This document shows, one piece after another, positions 35,057 to 44,099 of a stretch of DNA of 64,000 bases. Source of the stretch: a virus. The DNA lies in the IMG/VR virus record IMGVR_UViG_3300007609_000008, positions 1 through 64,000 of that record; one strand, 5' to 3'. The translations under genes were made by a program, and so were the position numbers. Each line of letters begins with the position of its first letter. Position 1 is the first letter of the stretch. Under the pieces are notes generated by a model. The model was given only the letters and a program-made list of their open reading frames with translations, had not been told where the DNA came from and made no database searches.

Positions 35057-36580
35057 ATGTCAGCAATGGCTACAGAGAATTATGAGAATCCTGAGAATCC
35101 CGATATTACGACTGTTAAGACATGGAAAAGAGGCATGAGTTCCGTTAAACTGAAAGCAGAGAAAAAGGCAACTACAACACTCACTGAGGCTATTGATGCA
35201 CTTAAGCCTATGCCTAAATTCACTAAGGTTAATATGTCTATTGCTGAGTTTGTTAATGATCTGTTACCCGATACAGACTGCAACCCTATTGGACAGCGTC
35301 CCCCTATTTCTTCAGATACAGACAATGAGAAGTCGAGAGGCATTGTTGATTCTATCATGAAGAACTATGATATTGGCTTAATTACGCTTGTCGATGTAAA
35401 AGACGTAGATAAGACACCTTACAAGTGGGAGTCTGTAGACGGTGGTCATCGCAAGCGTAGTATTAGAGACTTCCTGAATAATCTTGTTAAATGGAATGGT
35501 AGATACTATTCTCAATTGTCTAAAGCAGAACAGAATCACTTTAAGTCTTATCCCTTGTCATTTACTCTTTATGAGAATATGCCTGCATACATCATAGGCG
35601 ATATCTTCCGCACTACTAATAAGACTACTGATGTAAATGATCAAGAGACTTTGAACTCTTACGGCGATCACCCTGTTGCGAATGCGATTAGGGAAACAGT
35701 CCGAATGGTTGCAAGCAGCAACGGCAAGGCTACCGTGATCCATGATCTCTTTGAGGTTTCTGTTGGGGGCCGTTTCAGATGGATCAGCGGCGATAATCTG
35801 CGGCTACGCCAAGAGGAGTTTGTGGCTCGTATCTACTACTCTTTCTATGAGAAGGGCAATAATGCTACGCTAGGGTCAAGAACATCTAAGCAGATAGCGC
35901 ATCTGTATAATGATCCCTCTGTTAATATAAAGCAGTTGAAGAAGAAAGTTGATAAGTGTTTGGACTTCTTGTTTGAGATGGCTAAAGTACGAAAGCAGAC
36001 AGTGGGTGACGGACTGGGTAACAGCGAGAAGAATGCGTTGCTGAATCTGTACTTGTATCTGTCGGACAGCTATAACAGCGACCTAGAATGTAATGACTAT
36101 GTGAGCTGGTACAAAGCGTTTTCAGTTGTCTATAACGACCTGTCTAGAGATCCAAAAGGCATTTGGTCAGAAGTGCCTGATCTAGATTTTGAGTCTAAAG
36201 ATTCTACAATCTCTCAGTTGTTCAAAGACTATTGTCGCAACCATGATAACAAAGACAAGCTAACACAGTCTGTTATCTGGATGACGCAACACGAGAAGTG
36301 GTCACTTGTTAATGAATACACCTTGTTTAAAGATCGTAATCGTTCTTTTCCTAAGTGGATGAAAGAAGTCAAGCTCCAAGAACAAGGTTATGTCTGTGCG
36401 ATTGACGGACTACCGTTAGACTGGAAAGACGCAGAAGCTGGACACATTATTGCTCATGTTAAGGGTGGTCCTACAGTGTACGACAATCTCGCTATGATTC
36501 GCAAGTCTCATAATCGTGACATGGGTACAATGGACGTCAATGAGTATCTTGAACACTACAACAAGACAAAGGCAGCGTAA
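35057..36580 (+). CDS. DUF262 (ParB/Srx-like) + HNH protein, GmrSD-like nuclease
   Basis: WESVDGGHR (DGQQR-like), IF..TN..T.VNDQE; C-terminal CAIDG...EAGHIIAHVKGG.T.YDNL..I..SHNR..G; GGAGA RBS. Confidence 0.75.
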   Translation: MSAMATENYENPENPDITTVKTWKRGMSSVKLKAEKKATTTLTEAIDALKPMPKFTKVNMSIAEFVNDLLPDTDCNPIGQRPPISSDTDNEKSRGIVDSIMKNYDIGLITLVDVKDVDKTPYKWESVDGGHRKRSIRDFLNNLVKWNGRYYSQLSKAEQNHFKSYPLSFTLYENMPAYIIGDIFRTTNKTTDVNDQETLNSYGDHPVANAIRETVRMVASSNGKATVIHDLFEVSVGGRFRWISGDNLRLRQEEFVARIYYSFYEKGNNATLGSRTSKQIAHLYNDPSVNIKQLKKKVDKCLDFLFEMAKVRKQTVGDGLGNSEKNALLNLYLYLSDSYNSDLECNDYVSWYKAFSVVYNDLSRDPKGIWSEVPDLDFESKDSTISQLFKDYCRNHDNKDKLTQSVIWMTQHEKWSLVNEYTLFKDRNRSFPKWMKEVKLQEQGYVCAIDGLPLDWKDAEAGHIIAHVKGGPTVYDNLAMIRKSHNRDMGTMDVNEYLEHYNKTKAA

Positions 36581-36741
36581 TGGAAAGAGAAACACTAGAG
36601 TTAGTGATCGGGTCGTTTGCCTTGCTGTCATTCTGTTATATGGGATTTGCTCTCACACTGTATTACAAAGCAAGTAAGCCTACAAAGCGAAGAGTGTACG
36701 ATAAGCACAGTGTTAAGTATCGTGACGGGGACAATACCTAA
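36580..36741 (+). CDS. Small membrane protein, 53 aa (not in ORF track)
   Basis: TAATG coupling at both ends; one TM helix. Confidence 0.65.
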   Translation: MERETLELVIGSFALLSFCYMGFALTLYYKASKPTKRRVYDKHSVKYRDGDNT

Positions 36742-37061
36742 TGAATGAATATAACCCAGACAATTGGGTCGTTCTGAAAATTGTTAATGAAGGCGAGACA
36801 CTCTATAAAGTGCTTGCTGGATGGAGCGGTGGCTATCTAGACGGCGATTCTTGGCGATTGAACTCAGGTATCACCGAAGTCAAAGGCGACAGTGATGGCA
36901 GCCTATTCTTCTACGGTCATTCAGGCAGTTGCTATACATGTCACCCAGAAAGATATCGCTTGACAATGGCTATTGCTGGAGTGTATAATCAGCTTAAAGA
37001 AAAGTTTGGTGATGCAATTGAAATGATGCCAGAAGACACTGATTGGAGGGAGATTGTGTGA
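36741..37061 (+). CDS. Conserved phage protein
   Basis: PDNWVVLKI...YKVLAGWSGGYLDGDSWRLNSGI...GSCY.C motif. Confidence 0.75.
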   Translation: MNEYNPDNWVVLKIVNEGETLYKVLAGWSGGYLDGDSWRLNSGITEVKGDSDGSLFFYGHSGSCYTCHPERYRLTMAIAGVYNQLKEKFGDAIEMMPEDTDWREIV

Positions 37062-37357
37062 TGAGTGATAAAGAAGAGTTGTTTGAGGCACTCAGAGAGA
37101 TCAGAGAATCACAACGGCAAGCAAAGGCAGAATATGAAACCAAGAACGATGCTTGGTGGAACGGTCTAACAGAAGAAGAGCGTGAAGATGCGTTCTATGC
37201 TGTGTGCAAACGTATACACAAAGCAGAGTTTGTAGATCAGGCTTCTTATCGTGGAACATTGTATGATGTGTTTGGTTTTGATGAGAGTATGTATGGTCGT
37301 GGTATAGACTGTGGGTATGGAGATATCCATAACTCTATCTTTTTACTTGAGGAGTAA
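37061..37357 (+). CDS. Hypothetical protein
   Basis: WWNGL...AFYAVCKRI..SYRGTLYDVFGF. Confidence 0.65.
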   Translation: MSDKEELFEALREIRESQRQAKAEYETKNDAWWNGLTEEEREDAFYAVCKRIHKAEFVDQASYRGTLYDVFGFDESMYGRGIDCGYGDIHNSIFLLEE

Positions 37358-37363
37358 TTTATT

Positions 37364-37600
37364 ATGAATTGGCATTATGCAGCAAAGAAGTTCAGTTCCG
37401 AAATTGAAGAATGGTACGGTCTTGTTGAAGTCTTTGATGAAGACATGCACACAGAGAATGAAGTCACTGTCAATGGAGCTTCTCCAGAAGAGTTAGCTAT
37501 GTGGCTACGACAAGCAGCAGATGATGTTGAAAAGTATGGTGTTGTAAATGATACTGATGATGGAAAGAAAATGTGTGACAAGCCATTATTGGAGAAGTAA
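37364..37600 (+). CDS. Hypothetical protein
   Basis: 78-aa ORF with GGAG RBS. Confidence 0.6.
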   Translation: MNWHYAAKKFSSEIEEWYGLVEVFDEDMHTENEVTVNGASPEELAMWLRQAADDVEKYGVVNDTDDGKKMCDKPLLEK

Positions 37601-37601
37601 T

Positions 37602-37832
37602 ATGACCATGCCAACAGAAAGAACACAAGCAGTATTACGAGTGGAACGATTTCTGCTGGATCTGCGTAACCCCAAGAAATATCCCCGTATTCCCAAAGCA
37701 GTGCGTGAAGAAGCCAGTCGATTGTTGAAACACTATCCGTCACAGTACGATATGATGTACATCGATGAAAGTTTTGAGCCGTTGGAGGCAATAGATTATG
37801 AACGAGACCTTGTTGGAAGAGGTGGGCAATGA
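37602..37832 (+). CDS. Conserved small phage protein
   Basis: MTMPTERTQAV...FLLDL...PRIPK.VR.EA..LLKHYP. Confidence 0.7.
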   Translation: MTMPTERTQAVLRVERFLLDLRNPKKYPRIPKAVREEASRLLKHYPSQYDMMYIDESFEPLEAIDYERDLVGRGGQ

Positions 37833-37863
37833 AGAAACGATTGGTTAGACACTCTTGAAACTG

Positions 37864-38103
37864 ATGATGATTAATTCAAAGACTATAAGTATCACTAAGT
37901 GGTTAGCTACGATTCTAGTGATTACGGCGACTGCCTTTAACAGTTTGGGCTACTACCCAATAGGACCTATCATTAATGCGTTTGCTGGTCTGCTATGGTG
38001 TGCAGTATCAATAGCGTGGAACGACAAGGCATTAATGGTAACGAATTTTACGATAACTTTTGTTTGTATTGCCGGGTTGGCATTTAATTTTGGAGCATTG
38101 TGA
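37864..38103 (+). CDS. Small membrane protein (DUF6552-like)
   Basis: KWLAT...NSLGYYPIG...W.DKAL..TN, three TM segments. Confidence 0.6.
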   Translation: MMINSKTISITKWLATILVITATAFNSLGYYPIGPIINAFAGLLWCAVSIAWNDKALMVTNFTITFVCIAGLAFNFGAL

Positions 38104-38306
38104 TGGAATCAGTAGTAGAGGCACTTCGTGAAAAGACAGTTGGCTTTCAGCCGCATACGTATTATCTGAACGGTGCTGGTAAGTGTGTAGCGTATAAGAA
38201 GAACGGCGAAGACAGTGTTAAGGTCTTTATCAAGCCTTTGTCGTTTAGTAAGAGTTATCGTAAGTTTGAGAAATTACCCGTTGATGAACAAGGAATAGTA
38301 CTATGA
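38100..38306 (+). CDS. Hypothetical protein
   Basis: HTYYLN...FSKSYRKF. Confidence 0.6.
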   Translation: MMESVVEALREKTVGFQPHTYYLNGAGKCVAYKKNGEDSVKVFIKPLSFSKSYRKFEKLPVDEQGIVL

Positions 38307-38437
38307 GCGATGAAGATTTCAGTAAAGTAGAATTACGCCACGATGAAGGCAAGGCAGTCATGGGCGTTGTAGCTCTTTGTGTGACTATCGTAGGAACGTT
38401 TTGTTTCTTTGCACTTAAAGCTGTAGGAGTGCTATAA
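38303..38437 (+). CDS. Small membrane protein, 44 aa (not in ORF track)
   Basis: ATGA overlap; C-terminal TM helix. Confidence 0.55.
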   Translation: MSDEDFSKVELRHDEGKAVMGVVALCVTIVGTFCFFALKAVGVL

Positions 38438-38445
38438 TACTGTTA

Positions 38446-38464
38446 GGATGGCCAATGGCCATCC
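38446..38464. terminator. Hairpin between convergent genes
   Basis: GGATGGCC-AAT-GGCCATCC. Confidence 0.6.
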
Positions 38465-38473
38465 ATTTACAGC

Positions 38474-38977
38474 TTATTCAGAATCGTTGAGCGGGTTGTC
38501 TAAGATTCGCTCAATCTTTTCCTCTATCTCGTCACGCATTTCACGTAACTCTTCGTCTAACTCTCTTAGACGGTCATTCAAAGATGTTTCCATAGCGTAC
38601 ACATCGTTACGCAAATCTCTCTGAGTCTCGTTTGTAGACTCATCAATAGTACGGACAAAAGTATCAACCTCATCTGCGTCTTCACGCACACGGTCTAAGT
38701 CTTCACGCATACTTTCGAGTAGAGTCGTTACAGTTTCAAACTGCTGACCAACATCTTCTTGTAGTGAAGCTACTGTTTCTGCTTGTACGGCTAACTGCTG
38801 ATTGATACCAGACATGTCAGGTGCGACATATTCTGTCACTGCTTGTTCTGCATCAAGCAACCGCTGATACAATTCAAAGCCGCCCCATAAGCCGCCAATG
38901 ATTGTACCGAGTAATGGAATGAGCACAAGTGCTTTACCACCTGATACTTTCATTTCTCCTATTTCTACCTCAGCCAT
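38474..38977 (-). CDS. Membrane-anchored coiled-coil protein
   Basis: N-terminal TM (LIPLLGTIIGGLWGGF), acidic heptads. Confidence 0.7.
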   Translation of the reverse strand: MAEVEIGEMKVSGGKALVLIPLLGTIIGGLWGGFELYQRLLDAEQAVTEYVAPDMSGINQQLAVQAETVASLQEDVGQQFETVTTLLESMREDLDRVREDADEVDTFVRTIDESTNETQRDLRNDVYAMETSLNDRLRELDEELREMRDEIEEKIERILDNPLNDSE

Positions 38978-38990
38978 TTATTTTCTCCTT

Positions 38991-40124
38991 TTATGGTCTT
39001 GCTATGAAATTAGGTACTTCTGGGTCGTACGGATCTGGTAAAACATCTAATTCAGCATTTCTAGCATCATACCAAGACTCTGGTTGGAATGTTACTGAAC
39101 TTGTTTTCGTCCAACCATTGCTTCCGCTTGAATATGTAACAGTATCACCTGTAACTGAAGTGATTAGAACATCTTGTAAAAAATTATATTCAGCTACTAT
39201 ATCTGACTTACAGTTAGATGCAGCAGCTATAATCTCAGGCCCGTATGCAGCTATAATAGGTGCTTTATAATCCATTTCACTGGCGACTTCTAGCTCACCG
39301 TCTTCATTAAAATCTGCGTCTCTAGCTGATAAAGCGTCTATTGTGTCAGACAACGAGCCCGACCCATTAGGTACGCCATGATTAAATGTAATTGATTTAA
39401 GTTTTGTTGTTATGTCTAAACTCTGTGCAAACTCTGCCCATTTTCCTATCTTGTTCAACACTGTCAGCGCATAACCACTGTTAGTAATTATTTCTTGATT
39501 ATCATTATTTAATTTATACTCCCCAACTATGTAATCCGCATCTGCTTCTGGCTGTACATCTTCTTCTACTAATGATCCTACTGAAATATTGCAATCGTAT
39601 CTAGATGCTAATGTTCCGGTAACTAGTTGTGTAAACTGAGTATTGAGTTGTCCTATGATTGAGTTTGCATCAGTCCTAAGTTCATCGATTTCGTCTTGTT
39701 TAGTTTGTCTATGACTTTCAGCAGTATTGGCCTGAGATGTCGCATTACTGTAATCTGTAGCGTAATCTGGATCTAATGGATCTAAATTATCTCTATGTGT
39801 TAGCCATTCATCTCTTATATTTGCATGCGTGTCTCTTGCATCACACTGCGCTATTAATTTTGCATCTATATTGTTCTTATGTCCAACCGCAGTAGTGTAT
39901 AGCGGTTTTGCCGTATATTTAATTCTTGCTATTTCATCTGCCATAGAATACATAGAGGCTTCAGAGATATCGTTGTTTGCGACAATTGTACTTTCTAGGT
40001 ATACGTCTTCTAAGTTAGTTAAAAGACCCATGTTGTTTTTTAAATCTAACATCCAGTCAAGAATTTGATGTTCAAGCCTTTCTTCTACGTCATTTACATC
40101 AGCGGTAATCGGACAGTCAGCCAT
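38991..40124 (-). CDS. Acidic hypothetical protein, late
   Basis: 377 aa, GGAG RBS, late promoter upstream; no recognisable family. Confidence 0.65.
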   Translation of the reverse strand: MADCPITADVNDVEERLEHQILDWMLDLKNNMGLLTNLEDVYLESTIVANNDISEASMYSMADEIARIKYTAKPLYTTAVGHKNNIDAKLIAQCDARDTHANIRDEWLTHRDNLDPLDPDYATDYSNATSQANTAESHRQTKQDEIDELRTDANSIIGQLNTQFTQLVTGTLASRYDCNISVGSLVEEDVQPEADADYIVGEYKLNNDNQEIITNSGYALTVLNKIGKWAEFAQSLDITTKLKSITFNHGVPNGSGSLSDTIDALSARDADFNEDGELEVASEMDYKAPIIAAYGPEIIAAASNCKSDIVAEYNFLQDVLITSVTGDTVTYSSGSNGWTKTSSVTFQPESWYDARNAELDVLPDPYDPEVPNFIARP

Positions 40125-40148
40125 TATAATCTCCTAATCAATAATGTA

Positions 40149-42416
40149 CTATTTATATTGTAAACTAATCAGTTCTTCGTGCTTGTTATCTGTGCCCATC
40201 ATTCTGAGCATAGAGTTTCTGTCATTCTGTACACTGCCTCCTGGCATACCTCTGTCAGTGTAGAAGCTAACATCTTGTAACTGTCCGCTGTACTGAGAGA
40301 AGGCGCTGTTTCTGCCCATAAGAAAGACTGTCATGCTCTGATCTGTGAAACCGCCTGAGTCTTGTAACGTGTCTGCGAACTCATCAAGATTCTCTTCTAA
40401 CTGTTCATCACTCATGTTGTCTGCTTGCGACTCAGCCTTAGCTGTTGTCTGTTGTTCTTGTTGACTTGGAGGCGCAACATCAAAGCGTGAGAAGTTAGGC
40501 TGCACGTTGTTAAGAACAGCCGATATACTTTGTCCTGTACTGAACGATTGATTCTGTTGACTTGCAAATCCACCACCTTGTTGTGTCGCAGATGATTCCA
40601 TCTGAAAATCAGCAGTTTGTTGTTCTTCTTGTGACTGTTCAGCGACTACAACTACTGCCGGATTAACCACGGCTGAGAATGTAGCGTTCTCGAAGAAAGA
40701 ATCTTGAGAATCGAATGAAAACTCGTCCTTCATGTGTAATTCTGACTGATTATTACTCATATCATCCGTACTATTGAGTAAATTGTTAGATGAATTACTC
40801 ATGTTATCCTGAGGAGATGATTCATATGATTTACTTTGTGTATTATATGAAACAAATGCAGAGGTTTCTTGTGATAGTGTATTATTCATCGGTGTAGTGT
40901 TAGTTGTCAATGCATTACTGATAGAACTGGAAAAATTTTGTTCACTTAGATTTGTTGCATTGAAAGCAGAAACGCTATCAGATGATGTATAACTTTGAGT
41001 TGACTGGTAGCTTGCAGTTTGTATAGCATTGTCTTGAGCTGAAGCCGCAGTATCGAGAGCTAGACCAATCGCATCTACCCTTACCGGATTGACTCTCTCC
41101 TGTGTCAAGTTTTCGGGAGGCGATACACTTTCTTGCGGTTGAGGAATTTCTTCTGCTACAATCACTTCTTCTACAGGAGAGATTTCTTCTCGTGGTTCGA
41201 TTCTTTCTTCTGCTGGAACACTTTCTTCTATCGGCTCTTCAATTTCCTGAACCGGTTCTCTTCTAGCAGGCCGTGTGTTCACAGGTTCGACATAAACTTC
41301 TTCTTGAAAGGGTTCCTGTTCAAAAACCTGTGGTTCTTCGACATATGCAGGTGGAGTCTCTTGATACATAGGCTCTGGTTCTGCAAACATCTCTGGTGCA
41401 TTGTTGTCCTGATTAAATATATCTGGTGCATTGGTGTTAGGTGGAGGAGGCGGAGGAGGAAACATATTCGGGTCTTCGACTACCGGCTCATAGAAGTCTG
41501 ATATATCATCACCGAATATAAAGTCTGTACCCGATGCATTCTGTACTAATATAGCGTTATCGTAACCAGGACAAGCAGGATCATAAAGTTCATCGTATGT
41601 ACACTGTTGATCTAGATATGCCTGTTCGTATCCTTGACAGCCGTAATCATAAAGAGGATCACTAGAGCATTGTTGGTCGTAGTACGCTTCTTCGTAACCA
41701 GGACAGCTAGAATCATTCAGTGCGTTGCTACAATCAGGCCCGTTAGCTTGATATCCGCCATCCTGCCCGTACCAAGCCCTTCCCCCATTAAATGTTTCAC
41801 TAATAAAGTCCAGTTGAAACTCGTCAATACTACCCTGTGCATACTGTAACTGATTAAGTTCACCAGCAGCTAAGTTGCCCGTGTTTCCTATAAAAACATT
41901 GTGATAAGTAATGTCTACTTCGTCATACAAAAAATCAAACGAGCCATCTGGCCACATGTTTACTTGGAATGTATTTGTGTTCGTAGTTGCATATTCAGTA
42001 ATATTCTTCCAAAGAAATGACGATACTTCTTCGTTTGTTTTATAGAAGTAACCCGAGTCAGCAATACTAGTATCGTGTCTCAGATCAGTCCACAATGGAG
42101 CAATCATAAATGAATAATATCCAGACCCAGCATTTGATCCAGCCAAGTCTATACCATTGCAACACATGGAGTTGTTAGTGTTGGGATTACCGAACTGAGA
42201 CACAGGATCGTACAGCATAATGACCCCATTAGAACTCATCCATGCATCAGTAAAAACTCCGCCATAATAAGGAAAATTATGCTCAAGTGGAACGTGAAAG
42301 GTGCCGTCGTCAACACCGTTCATAACTTGAGTCATACCAGCAGAGGACAGCCAATCGGACTGTCCATACACAGTACTACTGAATAATGCTAATAGTGCAA
42401 AGACTAGATTTTTCAT
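40149..42416 (-). CDS. Exported protein: NIDO-like domain, Cys repeats, low-complexity linker
   Basis: Signal peptide; FPYYG...SSNG...IAPLWTDL...NTFQV NIDO-like; three C..D.LY...C.GY repeats; Pro/Glu then Ser/Asn/Gln-rich. Confidence 0.7.
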   Translation of the reverse strand: MKNLVFALLALFSSTVYGQSDWLSSAGMTQVMNGVDDGTFHVPLEHNFPYYGGVFTDAWMSSNGVIMLYDPVSQFGNPNTNNSMCCNGIDLAGSNAGSGYYSFMIAPLWTDLRHDTSIADSGYFYKTNEEVSSFLWKNITEYATTNTNTFQVNMWPDGSFDFLYDEVDITYHNVFIGNTGNLAAGELNQLQYAQGSIDEFQLDFISETFNGGRAWYGQDGGYQANGPDCSNALNDSSCPGYEEAYYDQQCSSDPLYDYGCQGYEQAYLDQQCTYDELYDPACPGYDNAILVQNASGTDFIFGDDISDFYEPVVEDPNMFPPPPPPPNTNAPDIFNQDNNAPEMFAEPEPMYQETPPAYVEEPQVFEQEPFQEEVYVEPVNTRPARREPVQEIEEPIEESVPAEERIEPREEISPVEEVIVAEEIPQPQESVSPPENLTQERVNPVRVDAIGLALDTAASAQDNAIQTASYQSTQSYTSSDSVSAFNATNLSEQNFSSSISNALTTNTTPMNNTLSQETSAFVSYNTQSKSYESSPQDNMSNSSNNLLNSTDDMSNNQSELHMKDEFSFDSQDSFFENATFSAVVNPAVVVVAEQSQEEQQTADFQMESSATQQGGGFASQQNQSFSTGQSISAVLNNVQPNFSRFDVAPPSQQEQQTTAKAESQADNMSDEQLEENLDEFADTLQDSGGFTDQSMTVFLMGRNSAFSQYSGQLQDVSFYTDRGMPGGSVQNDRNSMLRMMGTDNKHEELISLQYK
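40150..40157 (-). promoter_or_regulatory. T4-type late promoter TATAAATA
   Basis: Overlaps last codons of the 755-aa gene. Confidence 0.6.
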
Positions 42417-43660
42417 TGAGGCATATTAGGAGATGTAGTGACTCTACCTTTCTTTACATCTCTTTCTTTTATACCAGGTATGTCAGCAAGATTCTCTTCC
42501 CACTCAGCTCCTGCTTCGTCACCGATCTTGCCTTGGAACGGACATGGAGTACCTGCCATCTTCATCGCAGTCCATACACGCTCGTCTTGACACATCAATG
42601 ATACAGCAGCGACACGCATACCCATATCGTACAGAGTCTTGCTCAGTTTGATTCGCTCACAGTTAGTGTCAGTAATAGATTTACCACCTGAGATACCGAA
42701 TATCTGAGTTTGAACTGCACCACTTACACCTGTTGTACACAAGTCTTGTGAAAACGAGCTACCAATACTAGGAGCGATTGCAGAAGGAGGAGGAGACTCA
42801 ATCTTTTGATTGATAGTCTGATTCTGTTTGCTCTCACTGACACTTCTGTTTTCGTTTACATTGTTATTAGTATTTGTATTTGTAGACTCACTCACACTCT
42901 CAGATATATTGGTGTTTGTGTTTTCACTTACACTATTGTTGTTATTAGTGTTAGTGTTCACTGAAGTGCTGCTACTTTCCATTGTACTAATATTGGTGTT
43001 TGTGTTGTCACTAGTAGACGTATTCACATTAGTATTATTATTTGTAGCATTAATAGTAGTGTCGTTCACATTAGTATTATTATTAGTATTATTAGTAGTA
43101 CTAATGCTTTCACTGTAATTATTATTTGTATTATTACTAGTTGTATTATTAGTATTTAAATTGGTATTGGTGTTATTACTAGTCGTTGTGTTTACATTGT
43201 TGTTGTTATTTGTAGAAGTACTAGTGCTAACATTATTATTGTTGTTAGTGTTCGTATTGTTTGTCCCACCGGACAGAACATTATTGTTAGTGTTCACATT
43301 AGTGCTTGTACTAGTACTAACATTTGTGTTATTATTAGTATTAGTATTATTAGTACCACCAGACAATATATTATTGTTAGTGTTGGTGTTTGTACTAGTA
43401 TTCACATTAGTGTTGTTATTCGTATTCGTACTAACATTTGTGTTATTATTATTGTTAGTATTTGTAGAAGTGCTTGTGTTTGTGTTCACATTATTGTTAT
43501 TGTTGGTTGCAGTCGAAGTCACAGTAGACGCCGAGTTTGTGGTCCCGTTCGTTTCTACATAGGTAGACGAATCGAAAAGACCGTCAGCATCGTTTTCGAC
43601 TTGTGCATTTGCAATATAGGGAATCATCAGAAGCATAATAAAGGATCCAATTCTTTTCAT
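42413..43660 (-). CDS. Exported Asn/Thr-repeat protein with Cys-containing C-terminal domain
   Basis: MKRIGSFIMLLMIPYIANAQ signal peptide, about 250 aa of NTNTNNN repeats, PPPSAIAP...DLC...NCERIKL...LMCQD...GTPCP; AAAGGA RBS. Confidence 0.8.
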   Translation of the reverse strand: MKRIGSFIMLLMIPYIANAQVENDADGLFDSSTYVETNGTTNSASTVTSTATNNNNNVNTNTSTSTNTNNNNNTNVSTNTNNNTNVNTSTNTNTNNNILSGGTNNTNTNNNTNVSTSTSTNVNTNNNVLSGGTNNTNTNNNNNVSTSTSTNNNNNVNTTTSNNTNTNLNTNNTTSNNTNNNYSESISTTNNTNNNTNVNDTTINATNNNTNVNTSTSDNTNTNISTMESSSTSVNTNTNNNNSVSENTNTNISESVSESTNTNTNNNVNENRSVSESKQNQTINQKIESPPPSAIAPSIGSSFSQDLCTTGVSGAVQTQIFGISGGKSITDTNCERIKLSKTLYDMGMRVAAVSLMCQDERVWTAMKMAGTPCPFQGKIGDEAGAEWEENLADIPGIKERDVKKGRVTTSPNMPQ

Positions 43661-43692
43661 TGTCGGTCCTTTAAAGGGGGGATATGTCATGT

Positions 43693-43700
43693 TATTTATA
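43693..43700 (-). promoter_or_regulatory. T4-type late promoter TATAAATA
   Basis: Exact motif 33 bp before ATG 43660. Confidence 0.75.
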
Positions 43701-43731
43701 AGCTATTGATATTCCTCAATAAAATTATTGC

Positions 43732-43760
43732 TTGACATATCCGCAAAAATCTGTCATAAT
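43732..43760 (+). promoter_or_regulatory. Early promoter heading the radical SAM operon
   Basis: TTGACA-17-CATAAT. Confidence 0.82.
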
Positions 43761-43790
43761 AGTAGTATATTTACAGTGAGGACTAGTATA

Positions 43791-44099
43791 ATGTATATGA
43801 ATCTTGGCAACTCTTTAAACTATACCACTTCTGGTCGTAAGCGGGCCAAGCTGCCAACCAAGAAGGCTGTCAAGCGTAAGTTCGAACCTTATGTGCCTTC
43901 TAAGACATATATAAGAGAGACACCTGATTATCCTAGTGTCACTACATCGCCTGCTGCTGACTCATGCAGCAAGCCTACGAGAACAGAATACACAGGCACG
44001 CTTGTTAAGGGCATCGCTACTATGCATAAGTCTAATGCAGTGCCTATCATCAACGACCAAGAAGCAAAAGATATTTCAAACATGAGGCGTGGTTCGTGA
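43791..44099 (+). CDS. Conserved T4-like small protein
   Basis: YTGTLVKGIATMHKSNAVPI motif; GAGGA RBS. Confidence 0.75.
   Translation: MYMNLGNSLNYTTSGRKRAKLPTKKAVKRKFEPYVPSKTYIRETPDYPSVTTSPAADSCSKPTRTEYTGTLVKGIATMHKSNAVPIINDQEAKDISNMRRGS

Noticed and set aside
42828-43562. Two hydrophobic + strand ORFs (42828..43118, 43161..43562) as membrane proteins
   Set aside because: Antisense shadows of the Asn/Thr repeat (AAT/ACT read as Ile/Val/Leu/Ser on the other strand); no RBS or promoter
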